Of a DNA stretch of 64,000 nt, positions 23,791-35,787 are shown one piece after another; position 1 is the first letter of the stretch, and every line of letters begins with the position of its first letter. Source of the DNA: Macrostomum lignano (lineage: Eukaryota). The stretch covers positions 115,947 to 179,946 of the forward strand of contig NIVC01002367.1 in assembly GCA_002269645.1 (NCBI GenBank). The letters run 5' to 3'. The notes under the pieces were generated by a model. That model ran no database searches. It had not been told where the DNA came from and worked only from the letters and a program-made list of their open reading frames with translations. A program made the position numbers and the translations under genes.

Positions 23791-25254
23791 AATCGAATAA
23801 TTTTAAAGCAAAAATGCCACTATTTGAATAATTCTTAGTAAAATTCAGTTTTGCTGCAAGCGCACGATATCAAGTTTTTTCAATGGAATATATTAGATTA
23901 TTCTTTCAACGAGCGTCATAAGACTTGGCGCCACGTTTTTTTGATTGTGATTTTCGCTTGCACAAACTGTGGATGGCATTTTGAACTTTAAAATTGTTTG
24001 ACTTCCTAGAGTCTTACTTTGAAAATACGCTTCATAATAACCATAATAGCCAATATTTGCTTAGTTATAAGCATATATAGTGAGTTTTAAGCTATGCGCA
24101 TTTAGTTATAACAGACTTAGACATTTATTATAGGTGGATATTTACAGTTCATAATAAGCTATATATATATATATTTAGTAATAAGCTATATATAGTTATT
24201 TCTGTCATATCTGTTATCTATCCTAGTGTCTATCTTAGTGTCTGTCCCAATGTCTTTCTTAGTGTCTGTCTTACTCCACTTCTCTCCCGTTGTCTCTCCT
24301 CTGCTCTCTCTCCCGTCTTCTTTCCTCTCTTAGTACTCTCATGGCTGTTCTCATGCTTTGATCATGTCTTCTTTCTTGCCAATTTGCAGTCCTGAAAGGA
24401 ATTTGTGTATTTTCATCTCCACTGAAGTCTGCAGCAGTCTAACAACAAAGGAAATACGCATTTCTTAGGAGGAAATTTAAAATTCAAAGTACTTTTAAGA
24501 GAAACCTAAAATTTCCATGGTGTGACTAATTTAGTAGGGTTGTATTGCATTGCATCGCCTTTTCATAAATCTTTCGCTTTTACAAACCATGCTGAATTCC
24601 CTCGATTTGCCATCCACTGTTAAACTGCTGCAGAGTTTGCCAATACAGAGGACAGTGGTTAGAATTTCTCACTAAACTGTCATGGCTAAACGTAGCCTTT
24701 CCACGCGCGGGGGTACACAGAAGGCTATTAAAAAGTTATTCTAAAACACTGTACATTTGCTATGTACATTCAGCCCTATCGCCTGACCCTTCGTCTGGGC
24801 TGGGGGAATGAGTGAGTGAGTGGCAAAAACAACAGAAAAAGCAGACAAACTTAACATGCTTACAGTTTCTTTTTCGGTTGAGTTACAGAGTTGAAACTTC
24901 CTATTTTAACTTGAAATTAAAACTTAAATATTGAAACTAATCAATCAGCAGCCCTAAGAGGAATTTGTGTATCTCCAGCTCCATCACAGTCTGCGGCAGT
25001 GTAACAACCAAGGAAATATGCATTTTTAGGAGGCCATTTAGATTTAAAAAATTACCTCATGCGAATCTTAATGTTAAAATCTTCATGGCGTAACTAATTT
25101 AGTAGGATTACATAACCATCCACTTTTCTCTTTCCCACCGTTTCTAGTGCTCCCAAAGCACACAAATTTTTCCTATACACAAGCAATATACTGAACACAG
25201 ACCTTTAAATCCAGGAGGTTCACCCTGAGTATCTGAGTGACCTGCGAGACAACT

Positions 25255-25682
25255 AGGAAGAGTAGGCTACTAAAAGTAGTATGAGGAGGACATGTGCACT
25301 ATGGTTTCTAGACATACACTAGCATCATGTTTTAAGTGACGCAATTCATCATTATGGTTTCAAGATGGTGCGAAAAATGTTTTTTTTCACTCAACTCTGG
25401 TTTCTTTTCCAGATGGATCAAGCGCCACCACCGCCGCCGCCGCCGCCACCACCGCCGCCGCTGCCTAAGCGCCGCATTCGGCGCCGAATCCGGCGCCTCA
25501 GAAGCAGCGGCCTACGGCTGTAGGCTGAAATTGAAATTGAAAACTGAAAACTGAAATTGCGCTGGGCGGGCGGGCTGGGTTATCTGATTGTGGGGAAAGT
25601 CTTCGGAATTTTTTAAAATTTTTAAACGGACAGACATTTTTAGACAGACAGACAGGCCGAGAGACAGACAGACATACAGAAT

Positions 25683-25714
<32 letters not shown>

Positions 25715-26300
25715 TACATACAGAAGGACAGACAGGCAGACAGACAGACAGACAGATAGACACATACAGAAGGACAGACAGACAGACATACAGAATGACA
25801 GACAGACAGACAGATAGACACATACAGAAGGACAGACAGGCAGACAGACCGATGCAGACAGACATACAGAAGGACAGACAGACTGACAGGCAGGCAGACC
25901 GATACAGACATACATACAGACATACAGAAGGACAGACAGACAGACAATTCCGAGAACTTTCCCTACAATCAGATATGAACCCTCGGGGCGAAATGGTTCG
26001 ATGTGCTTATGTATATATTGTATTTAAATAAAAATGGTTTGCCCCGAGGGTTCTGCCCAGCCCACTTTTTGAATTGAAAATCTTGGCCTTTAATTTCTTC
26101 CTTATTTATTGATCATACCATAGTATAAGCTTGGCAGGTTGTAATCAGTAAAAAAGCATTGCACACTGTTCCGATTTACATTAAAAAATATTACTTAGGA
26201 CTGCTGTTCAATGCAACCAATTAAGTTCAATTCCAGCACCCCAGCAGCCTTGGTTTGGCCACTCGGCTACGTTCTGATACTTGGCGGCACTGCATCCTAC
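25255..26300. mobile_element. HINE/DINE-1-like non-autonomous element, copy A
   Basis: 26/29-bp inverted repeat (25582-25610 and 25946-25974) around a (CAGA)n array. 13-bp inverted repeat at 25977-25989 and 26041-26053. Homologous to copy B. Confidence 0.55.
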
Positions 26301-27601
26301 CATCCTACGAGTTATTGCATCCTACTACAACAGATAAGTACATTCCATCCACAATTGACTCGTTCGTCTTAAGCAAATACCCTCCAGAATCCACCCTGGG
26401 TCTTTACCCTCCAGAATCTTCAGCAATATGTAACGAAGACAAAACTAACCAGTTAAAAACATTTTGCACTCTCATTCAGATTCTGCCCGATCGCTACGAG
26501 GGCTTCGAGCGCGCTCTGCCGTTGCCGGAGCTCTGGGCTGCCGGCTTTTTAATCTAGCCGGACCTGGGGCCCAGGATATTCAACGCCTATGGCCTGGCCG
26601 CTGCGATGCCATAGGGGCACCACAAATCTGCACCTGGATACCTGGATACTTTTGTCACCATAGCAAGACGAGTTGAAAGTGAGAAGCATATGAATGCTTA
26701 TTTAAAACCAGTTTAATTATTGGTTTAGTAACTTTAGTTCAGTGAAAACAGAATTAACTGACTAACATTGACAATTTTAATATCTTCGCTATAGCTACCA
26801 TAAAGCTCTCTAGTCATGCTACGCTATAAATTTACACTGAATGTTGACTGTTTACCAATTAATGAGCAATTAACTGATATCCACAGTCACTTATTACTCT
26901 GTATCCATGACAATACCTGTAAACTATTTTTTACTACTTAAATCCATCACAATAGTAATCAATATTTTATTGCCTAATAACTGAGATATCTTTTAATTCC
27001 ATAATGTCAAATCCTATTTTACAATTCAATACATATCAGTTTTCAAATATCAATTCTCTACTTTTATTCGATTTATTTTATACTGTACTTCGATTTATTT
27101 ATATTGATGCACTGCTTTATTACTCGCACACCATTATATACAAACTGTAACCAATGCTGTAAAAATATTTGAAATATAATAATACATAGTGGCGTAAGAG
27201 CCGGCCAAGCTGAAGCGCCGGGCATCCTATATATCCTAAAAATGAGTTGTCTGTATCTTATATAATAAAAATGAGTTGCCTGTCGGTATTCTTTTCTAAG
27301 GCCCAAATACTAGTGCTTACTTTTACATTGCATTTGCATTTGCAACACAAAAATGCGGTACAACCAAAAGTATATTTAGATCGGAGTAGTGTTTTACACG
27401 GTAGTACATGGGTAGGGAAAATTGATTTGGCAACCCTAATCAACCATTAATAGAAAATACTGCCTATAAATAGAAAATCTGCGGGTTTCCCTTCTAGAAT
27501 TCGAATTCTAGAATATTCTAGAATAAAGAGAGATTTCCGAGTACTACCGTATACCACCAAAGGTATATAAACAGCCGATTCACACCGCACCTCGCCCCGC
27601 A

Positions 27602-27943
27602 TTGCATCGCTCCAAGCAAACCATGGCTTTCAAGGCTAAACAGCCAACTAAGATACTAATGTATCTTATACATTATTCACAAAGATATAATGCTATTAAG
27701 AGCATAAACTCTAAAGATGCTGTAAGCACGGCGATTGCGATTGCCGCTATTGGCGAAGAGGAGCAGACCTCACTGTTCAAAATATTGCGTAAAGTCGATC
27801 AAGCGTCCGCCAAGAAAGAGCGAACTGAAGACGCCAAGCGCTCTGAAAACGACAAGGAGCGCCGGGAAGCGCGCTTTATGGCCCGTTTGAAGGAAAGCCT
27901 CAACGACGTCAGGAAAGAGGAAATTGTCGTCAGGACAAGGTAA
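27602..27943 (+). CDS. Possible first exon of an unknown gene
   Basis: TATA (gtatataaa) near 27563, charged helical ORF, donor AG/GTAAGT at 27940. Downstream exons could not be phased. Confidence 0.4.
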   Translation: MHRSKQTMAFKAKQPTKILMYLIHYSQRYNAIKSINSKDAVSTAIAIAAIGEEEQTSLFKILRKVDQASAKKERTEDAKRSENDKERREARFMARLKESLNDVRKEEIVVRTR

Positions 27944-28679
27944 GTTTTTTTGCGTATTGTTCTATTGGCTCACTACTATAGACTATTGACAAAATTTTCA
28001 CCTTATAATTAATTTGTCGCTTTGTGAAAACGCGAGTAGAGATAGACTAGAGATGCGGTGTCTAGAAGAAGAGGAGTTTTAAATGACAATACCAAAACAT
28101 CAATTGCCTTATTGGGGTCTGGCTAGCTTGTCCAAGATCAGCTAATGAAGATCTAAGTCTAAGAAAAAATGAAATTCTTATACTTAATTATTTTTAATAT
28201 AGGTATATGCATTTTGATCATATCAGATTTATCAATTATAACTTCAAGCTTAGGCCTGCTTGGGCCTCCTGTGCTTCTAATATTCTAATTATAATCTTAT
28301 TTCTTTAATATGCTCATATCACCCGCAGATTTGGCAAAATTAGAACTGCCCATTGAAGTCTCTGATGCATCAGGATTGCTACACACCTGTGGGATCTCTG
28401 ACTACGCTATTGCTTCAATTGTTCATTTTTTTTTACTTTTCGAATGGTATTGGGTATTTCTGTTTATTTACACATGACCATGTACATGCTCTACAAATGG
28501 TAAAATAATAAATACACTCACTCTAGCTTATCAAGCAGTTGGTACAATTAAAATAGATTTTGATGGATATTAAAAAGTTGAAATATGTTTATGATTACTT
28601 TCTTTGTTATACTTTCTTTTGAACTGCGTTATTATAAGCTGGCCTGGGTTCAGCCCAGATCTGACCAGATAACCAAGAT

Positions 28680-28905
28680 CCGTTGGTTGCAAGTGTAGAC
28701 TGCTGTCTTGGCATATCTTGCACAATCTTACAAGATCGTGATGTGTTAAGTAAGATCTTAAAATATCGTGTCTTACAAGAACATGCAAGATCAGATAAGA
28801 TCTGCGTATACATTTACATAGGTAAGATCTGGTAATTTCTTGCAAGTCCGTAAAGGGAAGTTCAAGTCAGATCTTGTAAGAATCTTTAAGTCAATGTCCT
28901 CTAGG
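28680..28905. repeat. AAGATC/GATCTT-rich imperfect array (MITE-like remnant)
   Basis: Many caagatc and gatcttg words in both orientations. Confidence 0.45.
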
Positions 28906-28959
28906 GTTATTTCATTCCTTAATTCGTGCAATGCATTTTGCGCCTTTACCAACCTTACC

Positions 28960-29293
28960 AGATATCGACGGATTTCATGACTTGGCTGATCAGTGGGAGG
29001 CCGAATTGAGGATCATGTATAGCATCACTCGCTAACGACCCACTAGACGAAGCAAGACAATTGAAAGACTCCACCGACTGGCCTGTGAGCGTGACTTCTT
29101 AGTGCGATGCACTGCTACTGAACGAGGACAGAAGTTATCCAAAAGCCTTCGTAATGCCATCAGGGCTTCCGAAAGGAAAACAAATAGAATCATTCGGGAA
29201 TTTAACTTGCGTTCTTCTCGAGCGCAAATGCTCCGCGCCTTGAAGAAATCAATCTTCCCCAGTCGAAAGGTTCTCAGATTTCGGATGCTTTGA
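28960..29293 (+). pseudogene. Decayed coding fragment resembling the C-terminal helical region of KDZ/Zisupton-related transposases
   Basis: IERLHRLACERDFLVRCTATERGQKLSKSLRNAIRASERKTNRIIREFN, preceded by an in-frame stop. The resemblance is from memory only. Confidence 0.35.
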
Positions 29294-29519
29294 CCGAACC
29301 GAGGAAAGCACATTGAAGCAATCCGACTTAACAACCTGATTCGACGACTGCAAGAGGAGCTTAAAGGAGCCTCGAGGACTTGGTGCTCATTTTGTTCTCC
29401 TGTACCTATTAGCTAATGTTTATATGCTCAATACTACATTATACTTATATATATTACTGTAAATATGCGCTACCATGTATACTCTTGAAAATATTGCATG
29501 CTTAAAAATTTTTCACTAA

Positions 29520-30506
29520 TGTTGCGTTTAAAAATTTTAAATTAGGGAAGCTAGTTGATGCGGGGTTTGTTTAAATAATCTAATTATGTTACAAGTAGTA
29601 GTTGACCGTGCATATTTTATCCCGACCAATCAGGAAATTTTACCCTTATTTGTTATCACGTGAAATTTCGTTTAAATTCTACTTTGTTATAAATTTCGTT
29701 ATTTTGTTTTAATGCGTAGTGCTAACCCCCCTTTTGTAATTCACTATAAAAAGGAGCAGCCTCGACTAAAAAATAGACAACGCGCGTTTTTCTCTCGCTT
29801 TTGCAAGCAACTCTTAGTAAACTTAAAGTTCAACTATAAAACTTCCACTAAGACTTGTCTCGCTAATTCTTTACTGGAATAGGAAAACCTGAGGTCGTGG
29901 AGACCCAGAATAGGAATCTGGAATAGGGAGAACTTGAGGTCGTGGAGACCCAGAATAAGAGTCTGGAATAGGGAAACCTGAGGTCGTGGAGACCCTAAGA
30001 AAGCCATGCAGGCTAATAATAGATATTAGGCGCTAAGGAATTAGGCATTAGGGGGCTATCGCTGGACACCCTTGATCCTCGGAAAACGCAAGACTTTCGG
30101 ACTTAGTTAGGAAATTAGACAGTGTCTTACCGCTCGGGCACTAAAAGCTATCACGAGGCTCTTCTAAGAAAACCGCGTGAACTAGAGATTTCTAGGAAAG
30201 AATCATAGTTTGGGGTACTTAACGCTTCTTAAAGTAGACAATTAGGAGATTAATCGGTAGGATTTTAGCTAGGAACAAATAGGTCTGTTACTCAATATCC
30301 AAATATCGTATTCGTTGGATACGGTATGGAATCGCAACTTACATTTTAACGGGCGATTGAGGAAGTAGCTCGAAATGATGTGAATTTTCTACGTAAGCTG
30401 GAAACAGATTATAACATCGTGTTCAAAGGAGAGGACGACGCTCTTAAAATATTTAAACCTTGAAGTATTTTTTGTAACTAGATCAATCAATAAAGACTGA
30501 CCTTCA
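29520..30506 (+). mobile_element. Probable solo LTR (ends uncertain)
   Basis: TG start candidates, TATA ctataaaa near 29744, three ~46-bp repeats (gaggtcgtggagaccc), AATAAA near 30489, end ...ccttca. No clean TSD. Confidence 0.4.
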
Positions 30507-31059
30507 AAATTGTTTAATGAGCATATTGTGTGCATAAATGTCTAATTGTTTCTTTTTATTTATATAGGGCTAATCATTTAAAATATTTTTTTGTATTTAT
30601 ATAGACTTTCTTTTAAAACACATTTCAGCTAGCTTCATAACGGCTAATCAAGTCCTACACTATACAGACTACAAGTTGGCCACGCTGGGTGCTAAACAGC
30701 AGGACTGACTGTGGACATGAACAATCTGAGCTGAGAAACAGCAAGAAACCTGAAATGGCGTTGAAGCTTTGGTTGGTACCTTCAATAGATGCTGCTAAGC
30801 ACTTTTTGTTACTCAAAGTGCGGATTTAATTATTGTATAACTTGTGCTAATTCTAATTTCACTTGCAAATACATGTTGCTCTGGACTTAACAAAACCTGT
30901 TATTGTTAACATGGAAATTTGTTTAGCACTTTGTTACAATGACTGAAAATCAAAAAAAAATTTCTTACATTTATTTGTTTCAGATGTTAATAGAATGCGT
31001 CATTAGCTACTATAAATTATTGTTTCTGTCACGATCAAGGCCTAAAAAACATAAGCCAC

Positions 31060-31282
31060 ATGTTTACATATAGATATGTATGTAATATCAACGATATTAG
31101 ATGTCGAATGCATTTCGAATGCGTGTCGAATCAGGGGAGAGGTAGTCGAATATGTCGAATAAGCGTCGAAAACATGCCGACTGTTTGCCGTCGAATCGAC
31201 ATCCATTAGCCCGGAAAAGGCTCGACATCTAATCGACGGCAAACACATACCCCTCGAGTCGACAGCGGTCGGCACAGCGGGA
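31060..31282. repeat. TCGA-rich degenerate MITE-like sequence
   Basis: About a dozen gtcga/tcgac words in 220 bp. Confidence 0.4.
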
Positions 31283-32759
31283 TGTTATCCCCCTTAGATC
31301 AGCGGGTGAATGTTGATTGATTTTAGAGGATAGTTGAGGATAGTTAAGGATAGTTGATTTTAGATGTAAGCGCATTATGTGTCAAGAGATTTTAGTAGAT
31401 GTTGATTCAAGAGGGATTTGCTGCACTTTGTGCCAAAAGCCCCGTCATGATATCTACTCAACTTTGTTAAAGAATCTGTCAGAGGCTTAGCTGCGGCAGC
31501 ATGCGGAACGTTTGCAGCTCAGCCAGCTACATCGCAACAGTGGCCGCAAACCATTGGATCTTTACAGGATTAACTTGAAAGACGACATGCGGGCCCGTTT
31601 GACAGTTTTCCTGGGTTACCATGTGTGCAGCTAGCATGTGGTATGTGATATATTCAGCTCGTGGAACATCTCAAAACAGTTGTCAACGTGTCGGGCACGC
31701 GTGCTGAGCTGACGCGGATTTTAGCTTCACTGGACCCAGACGCTGCACTGGAGACCACTCTTTAAAATATTAGAAGCTGGGAAAATTACGACAACAGAAC
31801 TTTCTTTTGTCATGAAAATATATAAAAAATGCCACAAACGAAATTCTAGTAACTTTTTACTAAAAACTTGTCTTTCTTACAAAATATCATTCCTACAATG
31901 TCTTTTCTAATTTGCTCGAGAGGCTTACTGCAGCTAGAGCAACTCTTAGAAGTCGTGAGCAAAATTTGCGGCAGTACCATAGGAACTGAATGTTTTAAGA
32001 TATTCCCCTCAACGTTTTTTTCGGAGTATAACCCACACGATTTGGCTAATGAAGAGCGCTTCTTTAATCAGCTAAAGGTAAGTTGGATTGACATTGACCG
32101 TTTTTTTACATTATAAGGTTTTAGTTTACGGCGCTTGTAAAAAAGTTATACAAGCGCACGAAATTTTTTCTAGAACTTCTCTCTTCAAAAACGACGAGTT
32201 CAGGAAGCAGAGAGGCGCTTGGTTGCTTATCACCAAGAGATAGAGCATTAACTAGCTGGTAATTAACCAGGTTCAAGCAGAGAACCACCTAGCTAATAAT
32301 CAAGGGCTTTGTCCAATCTGCCAACACGAACCACAGCTACCAAACATTACTATCGTATGTTGTCGAGCTGTGATTTGTGAAACATATTTTGGAACGGAAT
32401 TCAAGAGGGCAACAAGAGGGCAAACACCTAGAGGCAACGGAGAGTACTGAATATACTACTCTCCAACACGTCATTTCAACTCACTATAGTTGAGAAAAAA
32501 ACCACAAAACCGCTTGCAGAAAGTCGATCTAATATTAGATCTAACTTACTAATCTATATTTTAGAAATATCATCAACAGCGACAAGTGTGTCAGGAGGCA
32601 CAGACACGAGTGGATGAGTTTGTAGGAAGATATCCAAGAACATCAAACTCAAGCTAGGGCTCAACCAACTCAAGCTATGACTCCACCAAACCAAGATCAA
32701 CCTCCCCAAGAAAACAACGAACCAGTCTGCCAAATCTGCCAACACACACCAACCACTCC

Positions 32760-32930
32760 TGTTAGTATGACATGTTGTCAGGTAATACTTTGACAAGAGT
32801 GTTATCATCAAACATCGGCGAATGGTGTAATAACCTGCCTAAACTGTCGCGCCGGATCAATGGATGTTGCTTGAGAAAAAGGAAAAGCTTCACTGACCTA
32901 TTCACAAATCTCTCATAGAAAAGACGCTCA
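32760..32930 (-). pseudogene. Possible Polinton accessory-ORF remnant
   Basis: FERLFYERFVNRSVKLFLFLKQHPLIRRDSLGRLL... lies on the same strand just downstream of the protease. Weak remembered resemblance. Confidence 0.3.
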
Positions 32931-33429
32931 AATGTAGGGAGTTATTAAACCATACCGTAATGCTCTACTTAAAGTACTCGTAATATTCTAGGAAAGTCCA
33001 TTTATTTTAGAATGAGTCATATCTATTTAAGGAATCACGCGCAAACAGAATGATTTAGAACCCTACATTGTTTGATCAAGGAACCGGATTTTAACAGCTG
33101 TAGTTGCTTAACCCCATATATGATAATGCTCAAACATGCATGACCGCAAGTAGTAATAGAAAAGTACGTCTATACCCAATTTGTCAATTACAAAATACGT
33201 AATAAGGTACCCGTCAGAAATTTTATTATGCACATACCTTCGTTTTCTATTTAAAATTAAATAGTAAATAAGTGTTACCATAATGGTACCATACGTACCA
33301 TTTGGTACCGAACCAAATGGTTGGGTATTCTACAGGAATTCTAACTAGACTGCACCATACCCACAAAGAATTCAATAGAAAAGATCTAAATTTCGATTAA
33401 CCAATTAACGTGTCCAAAAACGCATTTTC

Positions 33430-34937
33430 GGTATATTTCTGCATTACAAGAATAGAGGCAACACTTTTGCTGCAAAGCGTCGTAGGCAAAAATACGCGCG
33501 CCGATACTCATTTCCTCGTCAAGGCCCACAACCAAGAATATGCGTTAAAAGAAATCAAAGGCTACCACCACGAGTCAGTTTGAAATACAAATAAAACAAC
33601 ACACAAATACCACAATGACCAGTCCGAGGATCCTGAATAGCAAATCGACTGTGGGACCAATTTCGAAAATACCCACATTCTCGCCCCAACCACCCTCTAA
33701 TATTTTTGGTTGATTTAAACCAAGCGAATCAAAATATTTCCCGACTCTTCGTCCACAGCGCCCCCTAACCCGCCTACTACTCACCCAAACCGCAACCCAA
33801 TGCCTACCAGGAAGATTCGAATTGTCTGCATTCGCCACAAAGAAAAAGTCTTTACCATCTAAAGGAAATGTAGAGTGTGCTACCTTCCGTTAAAAGTAAA
33901 AAGTAGAAATCATAGAGCCCTCTGTAAGTAGATTAGTGCATGCATGCGCACTTAAACCTGGAAATGATGAAAATTGCTATTTATAGCATATGAATCATGT
34001 TCCTATTTATAGCGAATGAGTCACGTTGCTATTCATGGCGACAGAGTGATTCATGTTGCTATTTATAGCAGCAGAATGATTCATGTTACTATTTTTTAAA
34101 CGCAATCAATCTTATTTCCCCTTGTAGCGCAACAAGTGAAGATGCCTATAAATACAAGCGGCCCAACGCGGCACCGGAGTCAACTTCCGACGATAGGAGC
34201 TCCGAAGAGGGTGTTTTTAGAAAAACATTCTTGTTCACCAGTCAATCGAGACTTGGTTTGATTGTTGCGGTAAGCCTTTCTAATTTGCGCCAGTTCTTGT
34301 TAGAGACGTCTCGCTCTAGTCTATTGAGACTCGAGATCATTAAAGTCTATTGAGACTTTTGAGTCTGTTGAGACTCCCGTGGCCGTAGTCTCCCGAAGGA
34401 CTACCCTAGTAGATCATAGAGGAACTACTAGAGATATCCGGAGCATTACCTAGAGTGCATAGAGGCACTACTAGAAGAAGAAGGCTAAATTGATACCGCT
34501 ATTCGGCGCAGGGTACCCATTGTTAAATCGAAGCTTCTGATTGGTCCAACGACAGATACCGGTCGGAACCTACTTCAACGGAAGTACCAAGAGATATCGG
34601 ACCAGATCAACATATTCTAGACGTCTACACTTCCTGAAGGACAGGAACGCAACCAGCGGTAATACTCACTGACAAGAGTCACCGAGGAGATCTCCCAGAA
34701 GAAGAAGACAAGGTAAGTGATATCTTCACTTAATAACTGGGTTGCCTAGCTAGAGAGCTAGAAGTGATTGTTCCTTGATTACTGAGAAAGTCTTGGTAGT
34801 AAGGAACGCATCAGAAATTTTCCGAGAGTTCTAATCGAGTCCTGAGGATACACACCCAAAAAGACAACACCAAACAGTCCCATACATAGATTTGTACTAA
34901 TTGACCGCAAAAATCTATCACTGACACCCTGCAACAT
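33430..34937 (-). pseudogene. Polinton/Maverick adenain-type cysteine protease split by a solo LTR
   Basis: Removing 33869-34813 and one GAAA gives an open frame M(34937)...FLGVYPQD...ANADNSNLPGRHWVAVW...KYFDSLG. After a frameshift near 33670 comes AIQDPRTGHCGIC. Catalytic H, D, Q and C are present. Confidence 0.8.
33869..34813 (+). mobile_element. Solo LTR family W, copy 1 (945 bp, TSD GAAA)
   Basis: TGTAGAGT...AACGCATCA, with GAAA at 33865-33868 and 34814-34817. Contains TATA cctataaata and splice donors. Confidence 0.9.
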
Positions 34938-35787
34938 GTTCAGATCCATGCTGTACCCGGCACGACGTCGCGAAGCTCCGTGATCTGCAGCTGCTTGTCA
35001 AATAGACCGCCGAATATTACATTGTAGACAACACTTGTTGCTTGAGCGAAGCGCAAATCCAACTCAAGCAAAGCACAAGGAGAGTAAAGGGATTAGAAAT
35101 TAGGAGGAAAGGTTTGGTCAAAATAAAAAGGTTTGCTATAAAGCCAAGTTAGAGATAAAGCCCCCCAGTAGGGGTACGACCCGTAAATAAAACCGGCGAA
35201 GGCCCGCAACCTTGCCAGCATACATAAGGCTAGCCGTGTATGTACAATGCCAAAACAAGACTTAACTAACAGCCAAAATTATTCCAGTACAATGGCCTGC
35301 ATACAAAAAAGGCCGGGCGTTCTGTTTTATGGATGTCTCTGTGCAAGGGCAACCGTGCATGAAGGCGGACGCCCAGACACAGGTCACGCAAGAAGACATC
35401 CGGCACCACGGACCCCACCGAGGGAGTCGCCTGATTCCCAAGAAGGGAATGGCCGGGAGGCGACTACGAGGCAACATCAAGTAGTCGCTGGCCGACACTG
35501 CAAACGCACCGCATATTTGTCTGGCGCAACCCCAACGGGGTGCACCCGGAAGCTAAAAAATGATTGGTCACCTCTCATTGGTCAGCGCTCGGCGCGCGCG
35601 TGGCGCCAAGCGCCGTTCAGGCGCCCCGACATGTATGTCGCAGGCGACCTTCCCGACACGTACCTCGACATGTTTCCTATTGGCTCACACCACCTCGCTG
35701 GGGCTGCCTATATAATTAATGTGTCCCCTCTCCAGAAAGCTAAACCTCAATCCTAGCTCTGATACTATACTCTCTGTTGATTCCAAC

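Noticed and set aside
27410-27445. hAT-like end tggcaacccta
   Set aside because: No matching tagggttgcca left end was found nearby.
31400-32300. GC-richer coding-like fragments
   Set aside because: Multiple stops in all frames and no recognisable motif.
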